A stretch of 32,000 nucleotides of DNA from an archaeon (GTDB taxonomy: Archaea > Asgardarchaeota > Thorarchaeia > Thorarchaeales > Thorarchaeaceae), in NCBI GenBank assembly GCA_024275415.1, contig JAJRZD010000014.1:1-32000 (forward strand). Reading direction: 5' to 3'. The notes under the pieces were generated by a model that was not told where the DNA came from, did no database searches, and worked only from the letters and a program-made list of their open reading frames with translations. A program made the position numbers and the translations under genes. How positions within the stretch are numbered: position 1 is the first letter of the stretch; the number at the start of each line of letters is the position of its first letter. Shown here one piece after another: positions 16,898 through 26,457 of the stretch.

Positions 16898-18205
16898 ATG
16901 AGAAACCTTGTAGTTGTTGGCATGCAGTGGGGCGATGAGGGAAAAGGGAAGGTCGTGGACTTTCTAGCAGAACATTTTGATGTGGTCGCGCGTTTTCAGG
17001 GTGGTAGCAATGCAGGCCATACCGTCATTGACGGGAATCGTATATTCAAGTTCCGGATAATGCCCACAGGTGCAGTCCGTGGCAAGAAGGTGGTGATAGG
17101 CAACGGAGTCGTGCTTGATCCCTTTGTGCTTGAGGAAGAAATACAGAGCCTAGAAAGTGCAGGAATCACCATTGACCTTCTGATAAGCGAACGGGCTCAC
17201 ATCATAACACCCTATCATATCCAGATTGATTCGCTCCAAGAGAAGATGAAGTCTGATATGAAGGTGGGCACCACAAAACGAGGAATCGGTCCTACTTACT
17301 CTGATAAGGTCTCTAGGATTGGCATACGCGTCTGTGATATCCTCTCTAATGAGTCCTCCCAATGGGAACAACTTAGCGAAGCTAGCAAGTTAAGAATTGG
17401 GAACCTGTACTCTTCTCAAATCGACATACCAGTTACAGAGATATTCAATCGACTTCGAGATGTCCTCCTTAAGCTCAGGGATTACGTTGGTGATACGGGA
17501 GAGTTTCTCCTTGGCGCGATTCATACCGGCAAGAGGATACTCTTCGAGGGGGCTCAGGGAGCCCTACTTGATATCGACCACGGCACGTACCCCTATGTGA
17601 CTAGTTCGAACTGTGTTTCTTCTGCAGCAGCGACTGGGAGTGGGATTTCATTCAAGCATCTTGATGCCGTTCTAGGGATTGCCAAGGCATACACCACAAG
17701 GGTTGGACAGGGCCCCTTCCCCACTGAGATACAGGATACAATGGCCGAACACCTCCTTAAGACCGGCAAAGAGTACGGGACAATCACAGGGAGGGCAAGA
17801 CGCTGTGGTTGGCTTGATCTTGTTGCTTTACGATATGCGGCTCGAATAAATGGGACTGAGTTTCTTGCTTTGACAAAGGCTGATGTCCTTTGTGATATTG
17901 ACCCTGTGCAGGTGTGTGTAGCGTACGAGTTGGATGGCGAAGAACTCTGCTCTATCCCTGCTAATACAAGTGTGCTGGACTCGGTGAATCCTGTCTATGA
18001 GGAAATGCCGGGTTGGCACTCCATACAATCAGATGAGTATGAGAACCTTCCAGGGACTCTGCGAGAGTACATCTCTACCATTGAGAAGCTTGTGGACTCG
18101 AAAGTAGTCATAGTATCAGTAGGACCCGACAGGAATGACACAATCATCGTGCCAGGATCCCACTCAGATATGCTTGAACTCAACGATAACAATCGAGATG
18201 ATTAG
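16898..18205 (+). CDS. purA: Adenylosuccinate synthetase
   Basis: QWGDEGKGK, GGSNAGHT, GTTKRGIGP, EGAQG, YPYVTSS, TGRARRCGW. Confidence 0.97.
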   Translation: MRNLVVVGMQWGDEGKGKVVDFLAEHFDVVARFQGGSNAGHTVIDGNRIFKFRIMPTGAVRGKKVVIGNGVVLDPFVLEEEIQSLESAGITIDLLISERAHIITPYHIQIDSLQEKMKSDMKVGTTKRGIGPTYSDKVSRIGIRVCDILSNESSQWEQLSEASKLRIGNLYSSQIDIPVTEIFNRLRDVLLKLRDYVGDTGEFLLGAIHTGKRILFEGAQGALLDIDHGTYPYVTSSNCVSSAAATGSGISFKHLDAVLGIAKAYTTRVGQGPFPTEIQDTMAEHLLKTGKEYGTITGRARRCGWLDLVALRYAARINGTEFLALTKADVLCDIDPVQVCVAYELDGEELCSIPANTSVLDSVNPVYEEMPGWHSIQSDEYENLPGTLREYISTIEKLVDSKVVIVSVGPDRNDTIIVPGSHSDMLELNDNNRDD

Positions 18206-18700
18206 GATTCCCACCACTAGTGCCATGATAGGTGGCATGAAGTTCAGGAATGCCTCGAAATAGGTCAGAATCGCATCTGGTAGTGGTGGTACGGCTAGAA
18301 TGAATGCGTAGGTAAGCAAGAATCCATAGATTGCAAAGATTGGATACAGGACTGGCCCTCCACTTATCACTAAGAGAAGCGCAAGCACGGCAAGTTTGCT
18401 CTTTGTAGGATCTAAGAGCCTTATCGGGATTGTTTCAGAGTCATCAAATTGGAAATAATAGCCGATGAGCAAGGTGGGCATTCGAACCCTGATTAATTCT
18501 AATATCTGAAGTGCCAGCTGGACTGATAGTAGGAGAATGGTGTGAACGATCATGTACGCCAATAGGACTGCATTCAGGAACGGTAACTCACCTGAGAACA
18601 GCTGAAAGCTCTCAATGACGCCCACTAATACAAAGAAGTTCAAGACCAATAAGGCAAAGTGTCCGAACACACCACTGAGAACCTTTTTGCTTCTCTCCAT
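18164..18700 (-). CDS. Hypothetical 4-TM membrane protein
   Basis: Four hydrophobic segments; overlaps the purA 3' end by 42 bp; start likely ATG 18700 (track 18709). Confidence 0.7.
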   Translation of the reverse strand: MERSKKVLSGVFGHFALLVLNFFVLVGVIESFQLFSGELPFLNAVLLAYMIVHTILLLSVQLALQILELIRVRMPTLLIGYYFQFDDSETIPIRLLDPTKSKLAVLALLLVISGGPVLYPIFAIYGFLLTYAFILAVPPLPDAILTYFEAFLNFMPPIMALVVGILIISIVIVEFKHI

Positions 18701-18761
18701 TTGAATCACTACCAGTCAATGAAAAACGGTGTATAAAGGATTCTGTACGCAAGCATCAAGT

Positions 18762-19355
18762 TCATATTATCTTGTGAAGCCGTGACCCCATTGAGGATGG
18801 GTCAGATGCACGGATTTCCTTCTGCTTCTCGATGGCCTTCTCAACTAGGGTTGTAAAGAGGCCATCAATGTTCTCGCCTGTCTTGGCGGAGGTCTCATAA
18901 TGGTCAACATTCAACCAGTTGCTAATCATCTCTCCAGCCTCTGGGGGAACAAGTCTATCTGACCTGTCGATTTTGTTTGCGACCACTGCAACGACAGCGT
19001 TCGGACAGACATTGATGAACTTCGTGTACCACTCTCCCACATCCAAGAACGTCTGCGGACGTGTTACATCATACACTATGATTGCCATGGATGCGCCTGC
19101 CATGTAACGCCGTCTCAGTTCGTTATAGGTGGGTTGTCCTGCAAGATCCCATAAGACCACTCGCGCAGTCAGCACCTCCTTGTCTTGCTGAGTGAACTGG
19201 ACCGTCTTTAGTGCAAAGGTGGTGCCAATAGTCATAATATACCGGTCACTGAAACTACCCTCTGTGTATCGTTTGATACAGCTAGTCTTTCCCACCGCAC
19301 CATCGCCGAGAGCGACCAGCTTGAACATATGCGAGATAGCTTCAGTGGACACCAT
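18762..19355 (-). CDS. Rab-like small GTPase (Ras superfamily)
   Basis: G1 GDGAVGKT, G2 TIGTTF, G3 WDLAGQ, G4 NKID, G5 ETSAK; no C-terminal Cys. Confidence 0.93.
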   Translation of the reverse strand: MVSTEAISHMFKLVALGDGAVGKTSCIKRYTEGSFSDRYIMTIGTTFALKTVQFTQQDKEVLTARVVLWDLAGQPTYNELRRRYMAGASMAIIVYDVTRPQTFLDVGEWYTKFINVCPNAVVAVVANKIDRSDRLVPPEAGEMISNWLNVDHYETSAKTGENIDGLFTTLVEKAIEKQKEIRASDPSSMGSRLHKII

Positions 19356-19551
19356 TCTAACCCCTTACAACAAACCCGTCAAGGTCTTCACTTGAGATGA
19401 TTTAAGGAATCTGGATACTTCCTTGTAATATACTTCTGTATGATGTATTCTACAAATGAAACAGTTTTATTCTTTGCTTGGACTCATGTATCAGCCAAAC
19501 CTTTTTTGGTGTGTTTTCCTTGTGTCTGGATGACACTTTGGAGTGAGCGCA

Positions 19552-20283
19552 ATGGCTGAAGAATTCCTTAATCGATTGAACAAGCTGGAAGAAAAGATTG
19601 ACGGGCTTGGTGAAACATTGATGCGAATGATAACAATCCTCGGCAATGTCACCGAAGTCAAAAGCGACCTGAGAATGGCAAAAGAAGAGATTCTCGAGGA
19701 ATTCAAGAAGATGCCAGCACCCTCCCAGCCTGGTGTGACCAAGGACGAGATTTCCCAACTGCTCGCCTCTATCCCAACGGCAGAAGGGAGTTCAGGTTTG
19801 TCGGCTGAAGAGGTTTCTCAAATCGTCAAGGGAGAACTTGCTGCAATCTTGGATCCGATTCTGGCGTCAATCGAAGAGCTCCGTGAAGGACTGACAACAA
19901 AGATTGATGCAATTGAACTGCCTGAACCAGTTGTTGTGACGGCAGGGACTACTGCACCAGCCCCAGCGACCGAAACCGCAGCACCTCCCATCCCCACTGG
20001 AGGTTCTATTTCCCCCGACAAGGGCATGAAAGTCGCCGACCAGCTTGACAGGATTCTTGCCTCTCTCAGAATGGGGTGCAAAGCCGGTGATGTACTGGAG
20101 ATCATGAACGACTCGAAAGCAGAGATACTCAAGATAGTGCCCTCAGACCCGATAATGGTCAAGATTGATAAATGGGTAGGTGTCGTGAACACATATTCTC
20201 GTAGACATGAACTTCAAGCAAAAGACATACTGAAACTGAAGAAAGACCTGAAGGCAGAGATCCCGAAGTATCGTCCAGCGTAG
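19552..20283 (+). CDS. Hypothetical coiled-coil / Pro-rich linker / helical C-domain protein
   Basis: Heptad-like N-terminus, APAPATETAAPPIP linker, helical C-terminus; GGAGTGA SD before ATG 19552. Confidence 0.8.
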   Translation: MAEEFLNRLNKLEEKIDGLGETLMRMITILGNVTEVKSDLRMAKEEILEEFKKMPAPSQPGVTKDEISQLLASIPTAEGSSGLSAEEVSQIVKGELAAILDPILASIEELREGLTTKIDAIELPEPVVVTAGTTAPAPATETAAPPIPTGGSISPDKGMKVADQLDRILASLRMGCKAGDVLEIMNDSKAEILKIVPSDPIMVKIDKWVGVVNTYSRRHELQAKDILKLKKDLKAEIPKYRPA

Positions 20284-20286
20284 GAC

Positions 20287-20715
20287 TCACTCTTGATCTC
20301 CCATCGACATCAGTCTGAGTGTTGCCAGAGCACGGATAATATCAGATGCAGATATTACTCCGGTAATTGCATCACCCTCCATCACAGGCAAGTGTGTTCT
20401 ATCTGACTGATTCATAAGTGAAACTGCCTGCCCAATTTCTGCATCGGGATTTATTGTCACGACTGGTGTTGTCATGATTTCACCGAGGGTCACAGTATGA
20501 TACGCCTCATCAGAGAGCAATTGTGCTGCGATGACATCTCTGCGTGTGACCATCCCAACAAGGATGTCGTTCTGGGTCACGATCAGACTTCCGACATTCT
20601 CTACTGCCATGAGCTTGGCAGCATCGACTACTAATGCGTCTGATTCAGCCGTTATGATCATCGATGTCATGAAATCCTTCACTTGCAGATCCAATTCCAC
20701 TCCTATGAGTTTCAT
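20287..20715 (-). CDS. Stand-alone CBS-pair protein
   Basis: VKDFMT, VGSLIV, GMVTRRDV, EIMTTPV, HLPV, GVISASDI. Confidence 0.9.
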   Translation of the reverse strand: MKLIGVELDLQVKDFMTSMIITAESDALVVDAAKLMAVENVGSLIVTQNDILVGMVTRRDVIAAQLLSDEAYHTVTLGEIMTTPVVTINPDAEIGQAVSLMNQSDRTHLPVMEGDAITGVISASDIIRALATLRLMSMGDQE

Positions 20716-20733
20716 ATTATCAGATGACCATGA

Positions 20734-21339
20734 TCACATCTGTGGCTGGGACATGTCATTTCGATTCTTAAAAACCCCTTGTGCCACTGTCAGGAATACT
20801 TCTTGTACCCTATCTCCAGTCTTTGCTGACGTTTCATAATATGGTGCCTGATACCAATCTCTAAGCATCTCCCCGGGTTGCTGTGGAACCATGCGTTGCC
20901 CTTCTAGGTCAATCTTGTTAGCGCATATGACCACGAGTGCATCAGGGCTTACCTCACGTAGTGATTCGTACCAATTGTTCATCGCCATGAATGTTTCTGG
21001 TTGGGTCACATCATACACTATTATAGCTGCAGAAGCTCCTTTCATGTATTGCCTTCTGAGCTCCTTATATGTGGCTTGTCCTCCCATATCCCAGATCACA
21101 AGCCTGACCAATCGGACTTCACCATCATCATCCACGAACTCCACATCCTTTGTCGAGAACGTGGTCCCGATAGTCTGTTTGTATTCCTCATCAAAAACGT
21201 TGTCTGTAAATCTCCGCAGTAGTGAGGTCTTTCCAACTGTGGCTTCTCCAAGAAGGACTATTCGGAACTTAAAGCCGTCAAATCCGTCTGGTGCAGCCCC
21301 GACTGATGGGTCTAGAACTTCGTTTGTCCTTTCAGCCAT
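20734..21339 (-). CDS. Rab-like small GTPase (Ras superfamily), paralog of 18762-19355
   Basis: G1 GEATVGKT, G2 TIGTTF, G3 WDMGGQ, G4 NKID, G5 ETSAK; no C-terminal Cys. Confidence 0.93.
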   Translation of the reverse strand: MAERTNEVLDPSVGAAPDGFDGFKFRIVLLGEATVGKTSLLRRFTDNVFDEEYKQTIGTTFSTKDVEFVDDDGEVRLVRLVIWDMGGQATYKELRRQYMKGASAAIIVYDVTQPETFMAMNNWYESLREVSPDALVVICANKIDLEGQRMVPQQPGEMLRDWYQAPYYETSAKTGDRVQEVFLTVAQGVFKNRNDMSQPQM

Positions 21340-21451
21340 TTATAGAAAACCCCACTGGCAAGAACAATCTAATCATCCTTTATGAGTCTTATATGTTTTC
21401 TTCGCAGGGAACATGATGGCTGAGTCTGATAACGTCAAGTCTGTTTGACAT

Positions 21452-23116
21452 CTACCACTGTCCATCTCTAGGCAGATGAATCTCGAATCCCACTGCCGGG
21501 TTACCGATGGCAAAGTTCTCCAACACTTCTGGATTAATCTCTCCAAACAGACCGCAAGGCTCATCATCGATCGTTATTACGGCTGACCTTCCGTTGATAA
21601 AAGTGGGGTTATCGGACGGAACGAATTTGAAGCGACCGTCCAATCCCATTCCTCTGAGAAGGAATCCTATTTCGTTCATGAGGTCTGTCAGGTTGACGCT
21701 TACATCCGTCGTCAGTCCGCTCACGGAAGGTATCTGGTTGATTCGAGTTTCTGCGGTTTCAGAAGGAACCACAATGTCTCCCACCTCAAAGACCTTCTGA
21801 GGAAGATCCACATGTTGATTCTGGGCAATGAAATCGAGAAGAATTGGTAGTAGTGCATTCCTCAGCACAGAGTAATCGCTGCTTTTCGGATTTCCCGTTT
21901 TAACAAGGGCATCGCGTCTGTTTGCATTGACCTGCATCATTTCAGGCGAACTCAGAATATAACTCATGATCTCCTGATACTTCATGCCCACTAGCAAGTC
22001 CCTGACCCTGTTCTTCAAGCGAGTCAACGGTTGAAGTCTGCCTACAGTCATTGTCGCTGGCAGTGTTGGTTCAATCCTATCAAACCCATATCCCACTGCA
22101 ACATCCTCGATAATATCCACAGGATGGAGGATATCAGTCCTATATTGTGGCACTTGAATGGTCAGAATCCCTTTCGAGGACATTCGTGCGTTATAACACA
22201 TCTTTGTTAGGCTTTCAATGATTTCCTCGTCAGTCAACTCGAGACCCGTGAGGGCAATAATATCTTTCCGGCTGACCTTCATGACTAATGGTTTCAGGTC
22301 AGGGGTTTCCATGAGCGAGCCATCTGGATACTGTATCGTCACTGATTCGATTGCCCCGCCCCTTTCACCCAACGAGGTCACCATGATATTGAGTGCCTGA
22401 TTGACCGTTGGAAGGTGCGTCCCTGTTACCTCGACAAAAACGTTCTTTGTTTCTGTTGTCAGTCTTCCCAAATCATTGCTATTTATTATGGGTGGCAAAC
22501 TCAGGAACTGTCCAGCTGAATCAGCAAGAGCAGGCCATTTTTTGAACGATGATATAATCGAACCGAACTCGATTCCCTTCTCATGGCTTTTCAGAATTGA
22601 CGGGCCGTCCATTTCTTCGTCATATCCCAATGGTGCGAAGACGATCTTTGATGGTGTTTCTGGGTAGTATCTCACAGGGTATTTGATATCGTCATGCACA
22701 TACAACCCGATGCTGGCCTTCCTTCTATTTCTTCCATGTGTGGCTGTCAGTGCCTCCTGAAGATGCATATAGTCAACAAGAAGCTCCTCATTAATTTCAA
22801 CACCTTTTACTATTGCACAGGAGATGAACTTTCTAATTTTGGCGAGTCCTTTCTCGACAATGACCTTCTTTCCGGACTTCTTCACAGGGAACGAAGGCAG
22901 TCCTTTTTGAATGCCTAGAAATGCCTTGATTGCCCGAGCGATACCTTCAGCTGATAGCATGTCCTGTCTATCAGGGTTAATCTCGATTTCTATCTCATTT
23001 CCCTCGACCCTTTCCACCTCTGCTTTAAGGAGGAAGAGGATGTCTTCAAGTTCTTTGATTGCGAGCTTCTTTCCAATCAGACCTACAAGTGAATCAATTC
23101 TGCAACTGACAATCAT
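21452..23116 (-). CDS. pheT: Phenylalanine--tRNA ligase beta subunit (archaeal type)
   Basis: NPDRQDMLSAEG, SLPPIINS, VFVEVTGT, YRTDILHPVDIIEDVAVGYG; ATG 23116 with GAGGTGA SD. Confidence 0.96.
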   Translation of the reverse strand: MIVSCRIDSLVGLIGKKLAIKELEDILFLLKAEVERVEGNEIEIEINPDRQDMLSAEGIARAIKAFLGIQKGLPSFPVKKSGKKVIVEKGLAKIRKFISCAIVKGVEINEELLVDYMHLQEALTATHGRNRRKASIGLYVHDDIKYPVRYYPETPSKIVFAPLGYDEEMDGPSILKSHEKGIEFGSIISSFKKWPALADSAGQFLSLPPIINSNDLGRLTTETKNVFVEVTGTHLPTVNQALNIMVTSLGERGGAIESVTIQYPDGSLMETPDLKPLVMKVSRKDIIALTGLELTDEEIIESLTKMCYNARMSSKGILTIQVPQYRTDILHPVDIIEDVAVGYGFDRIEPTLPATMTVGRLQPLTRLKNRVRDLLVGMKYQEIMSYILSSPEMMQVNANRRDALVKTGNPKSSDYSVLRNALLPILLDFIAQNQHVDLPQKVFEVGDIVVPSETAETRINQIPSVSGLTTDVSVNLTDLMNEIGFLLRGMGLDGRFKFVPSDNPTFINGRSAVITIDDEPCGLFGEINPEVLENFAIGNPAVGFEIHLPRDGQW

Positions 23117-23121
23117 CTCTC

Positions 23122-24633
23122 TCACCTCAAGAAGTACTTCCTGCGCAACCATGCTAGGTCACGTGAATACAGCTCGCGAATGTCGTTGATGCCCATGGAC
23201 GCCATATACAGTCGTCCCGATCCTATTCCCCATGCTAGGACTGTATCCTTGATTCCGTGGGGATGTGTGACCTCGGGTCGGAATATCCCTCCGGGGGCAA
23301 CCTCAATCCATCCGAGAACATCATGCTTTGCAAAACACTCAACACTTGGTTCAGTGAAGGGGAATTGTCCGGGTTTGAATTTCATCTTCTTAATGCCAAC
23401 ACTCCTAACAATCTCTGCAAGATACCCCATGAGGTCTCGCAAGGTCAGGCCCTTGTCCATGATAATGCCTTCGCACTGGTTGAATTCCATTGCATGCCTG
23501 GCACTCAGGTTCTCTGCTCGGAAGTTCCTATCAATGATGAACATTTTTTGTGGTGGCTCTTGATGTTCTGACAGGTATCGCATCGACACTGGTGTGGTGT
23601 GAGACCTCAGAACGAGCCTCTGGGCGACCTCTTTGCTGAAGGGCGCTTGCCATCCGGTCGAACCTGTATCACCTCCGTTCTCGTGGACTGCCTTCACGGC
23701 CTTGTAATAACGCGTATTGAGAATGTCCCCGTGGTCATAGGGACTCACCACCCTGAACTGATCCTGTACTTCTCTTGCGACATGATCTTGGGGCACAAAG
23801 AGTGTGTCATTATTCCAGAACTCGGTTTCCACATAAGGTCCGAACCACTCTGTGAATCCTAAGCCCACAAGTATCTCCTTGAGCCAATCATTGAACTCTG
23901 CATATGGATGCTTCTTTCCATAATTGACATATGGTGGGTCTATGGTCACGTTGAACGGCCTGAATGGTGCCCCTCTCCAAGAGCCCGATGCTATCATCTC
24001 AGGAGTAAGGTTGACAATTCCCTCTGTTGTGGATGTCAATAATGTGTCAATAGTATCCTTTCTATCTTCAATGACTTGCGCTTCAAACTTTTTTGTAACG
24101 ACTCTCTCTACAAGATTCCTAGAGATGCTAACCTCTAACCCTTCATCCAGATGTTGTGGGACGGTATCGTTGCCTTCATTCAGTTTCTTTAGCACTCTCA
24201 TCACTGGAGAGTCTGCCTCGTCCATTTTGGCCTCAAGGACGGTCTTCCCCTCTACCTTCGTAATCCCTAGCCATCCATTTCTCTTCGCCCAGTTGATGGC
24301 AATTCCCTTTTCCTTGTTATTCAGGGATGCCTTTTCTACAGCCTGATCGACAGAGATATTGTTTCCGAGTTCCTTCACAGCCGCAAAGAGCCGGACTTCA
24401 GGAAGCCAGTTCATAGCATATTGTTTTCCTTCGTCAGTTAGGCGATACGAAACACTTTCTCGGACATCTAATCGTATCAGATTCCTCTCTGCGAGTGCAT
24501 TCAGTATCGACACAATCCGATCTGTTCTCTCTCCTAGGTTCTCTGCAATGGCTTCTGCGGGGACTGTCCCGTCCACTTCGACTAAAGCTTTGAGGACTTT
24601 CCTTTCTCCTGCTGTTAGATGTTGTTCATTCAT
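23122..24633 (-). CDS. pheS: Phenylalanine--tRNA ligase alpha subunit (archaeal type, N-terminal wHTH extension)
   Basis: GKKHPY, FVPQDHVARE, LRSHTT, RNFRAE, EFNQCEG, FPFTEPS, AWGIG. Confidence 0.96.
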   Translation of the reverse strand: MNEQHLTAGERKVLKALVEVDGTVPAEAIAENLGERTDRIVSILNALAERNLIRLDVRESVSYRLTDEGKQYAMNWLPEVRLFAAVKELGNNISVDQAVEKASLNNKEKGIAINWAKRNGWLGITKVEGKTVLEAKMDEADSPVMRVLKKLNEGNDTVPQHLDEGLEVSISRNLVERVVTKKFEAQVIEDRKDTIDTLLTSTTEGIVNLTPEMIASGSWRGAPFRPFNVTIDPPYVNYGKKHPYAEFNDWLKEILVGLGFTEWFGPYVETEFWNNDTLFVPQDHVAREVQDQFRVVSPYDHGDILNTRYYKAVKAVHENGGDTGSTGWQAPFSKEVAQRLVLRSHTTPVSMRYLSEHQEPPQKMFIIDRNFRAENLSARHAMEFNQCEGIIMDKGLTLRDLMGYLAEIVRSVGIKKMKFKPGQFPFTEPSVECFAKHDVLGWIEVAPGGIFRPEVTHPHGIKDTVLAWGIGSGRLYMASMGINDIRELYSRDLAWLRRKYFLR

Positions 24634-24667
24634 TGTGGAATCAGAGCTCCTTTGCTGGAATGGATGG

Positions 24668-24753
24668 TTGGAATGTCATACATAACGAGGACTGATCCAG
24701 TCATAGAAGAAGGCCCTATCGGGCGTGACAAAATTGGCATGACCACATTCCAA
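24668..24753 (-). promoter_or_regulatory. Branched stem-loop in the pheS leader region
   Basis: Outer 9-bp inverted repeat 24668-24676/24745-24753 enclosing hairpins 24690-24702 and 24713-24724. Confidence 0.35.
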
Positions 24754-24924
24754 TACACCTGCTTTCGGGGTATCTAGATTTCACATTTTAAGGTTGCCGT
24801 TGAGTGAAAGTTGGATGTGTCGCAATGTTCAAATATGCTCAACAAGGTTGAACTCTCAGGTAGTTGCCAAACAGCCTCTTGTTCTTGGTAACCTTATGTC
24901 CATTTCTACGGAATGGTGAACAAT

Positions 24925-26004
24925 ATGTCTGCCGAACGTCAAAAACTAAAGAAGAAGATACAGCAGCTGAAAGCATACAAAGGTAGACATAGTTCCTTTA
25001 CAACGCTCTACGTACCCCCGACCAAGAACCTAACTGAAGTCATCAACTTTGTGAAGACCGAACTTGCTGGTGCCGACAATATCAAGAGCAAGGCAAATCG
25101 AAAGAACGTACAAGACAATCTTGCCGCTATACTCAATGAATTGACTCTAATAGGCAAGCTGCCTGAGAATGGCATCGCATTCTTCTTTGGGATTGAAGAG
25201 GAAGGGGGCACCAATCGAGAGATACGAGAGATAATCGTTCCTCCTGCTCCAATCTCGCAATTCATCTATCTTTGTGGGCGTGAGTTCGTCACAGAAGAGC
25301 TAGAGAACATGACCCATCCAAAAAGCCTGATTGTCATCGTACTAATCGAAGGTGGAAAAGTCACTGTAGGCTATCTTCGTGGTAAGCATATCGAAATGGT
25401 TCTGGACGAGGATTTCTATATCATTGGCAAGACTCGTGCTGGTGGGCAAAGTGCAAAACGGTACTTGAGGATCCGCGAAGAGAAGATGCAGGAGTTCTTC
25501 AAGTACGTAGGCCAGAAACTCAAAGAGTTGCTACTGGACAACATCGACAACGTAGATGCTATCGTACTGGGTGGAAACACCATCCGTTGCCAAGAGTTCA
25601 TAGATAAGGGCGACCTTGATTATCGGATTCGTGAGAAGATTGCTGATACGATAATCTCCGTGAGTATGATTGACGAAACAGGTCTTTTTCAAGCGGTAAA
25701 GGAAGCATCTCGAGTCTTGAAAGAAACCGAGATCTACAAGGAGCGTCAAGCATGGGAGAATTTCATGCAGGATCTCATGAAGGGTTCCAATATCGTCACT
25801 TATGGGACTGCAGAAGTTCTTGAGGCTCTTAAACAGGGGAGGGTCGAAACGCTCATGGTCGTTGAGGACGAAGCTGATTTAATTGACGAACTCTACGACG
25901 AAATATCGGCTTATGGGACGGAACTCATGGTCTTTTCGACCCAGACCGAGTCAGGGGCACAGCTCAAGTCATTTGGAGGAATTGCCGCTCGATTAAGGTA
26001 CTAG
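24925..26004 (+). CDS. prf1: Peptide chain release factor aRF1 (short, divergent)
   Basis: NIKS, YLCGREF (YxCxxxF), GGQS, FGGIAARLRY; GGTGA SD before ATG 24925 (track 24913). Confidence 0.92.
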   Translation: MSAERQKLKKKIQQLKAYKGRHSSFTTLYVPPTKNLTEVINFVKTELAGADNIKSKANRKNVQDNLAAILNELTLIGKLPENGIAFFFGIEEEGGTNREIREIIVPPAPISQFIYLCGREFVTEELENMTHPKSLIVIVLIEGGKVTVGYLRGKHIEMVLDEDFYIIGKTRAGGQSAKRYLRIREEKMQEFFKYVGQKLKELLLDNIDNVDAIVLGGNTIRCQEFIDKGDLDYRIREKIADTIISVSMIDETGLFQAVKEASRVLKETEIYKERQAWENFMQDLMKGSNIVTYGTAEVLEALKQGRVETLMVVEDEADLIDELYDEISAYGTELMVFSTQTESGAQLKSFGGIAARLRY

Positions 26005-26009
26005 TGCTT

Positions 26010-26420
26010 CTAGCCCGGTGGCTTTGGAAGGTCTGCCATTGTATCAATATCGATAATCCAATCATTCAGGGCGTTCAGAATCTCATCAATGTACTTTGTA
26101 AGCATGTCTTTGAACCGTTCAAGATGCTCCTGACGTAGCTTTCCCTTCTTCTTCCTAAAGTCCTTGACGCGTCTTGTGAGACCCGTTGACCATTTTCTCA
26201 AATTCATCTTCGCCTTGCGGTCCGTGAACACGATCTTTGCTGCTTTCGTTGTCCTTTGTAGTTCAATCAGTCGTTCAATCGACTTCTGAACCGATATGAG
26301 ACTGGCCACAAGTGTTTTCGCATCGGATTTCGTGTCAGGATTCCGGGTCGTATAATAAACCTCTTTTAACTCCCTCTTCGCGATTCTCACCTGTGCTTCA
26401 AATTCCCTTAACTCTTGCAT
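26010..26420 (-). CDS. Hypothetical basic alpha-helical protein
   Basis: 136-aa ORF with ATG start, K/R-rich helices; 37 nt downstream of the Cas4-like gene on the same strand. Confidence 0.7.
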   Translation of the reverse strand: MQELREFEAQVRIAKRELKEVYYTTRNPDTKSDAKTLVASLISVQKSIERLIELQRTTKAAKIVFTDRKAKMNLRKWSTGLTRRVKDFRKKKGKLRQEHLERFKDMLTKYIDEILNALNDWIIDIDTMADLPKPPG

Positions 26421-26457
26421 GGTAACCTGAATCCCCCGAACTCAGATTATTCTTTTG

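Noticed and set aside
18762-21339. Prenylation (CC/CxC/CaaX) signals on the Rab-like GTPases
   Set aside because: Neither C-terminus contains Cys (…RLHKII, …SQPQM)
24676-24786. ATG-TGA followed by an open frame upstream of pheS (possible Sec at codon 2)
   Set aside because: No redox motif or SECIS; probably chance
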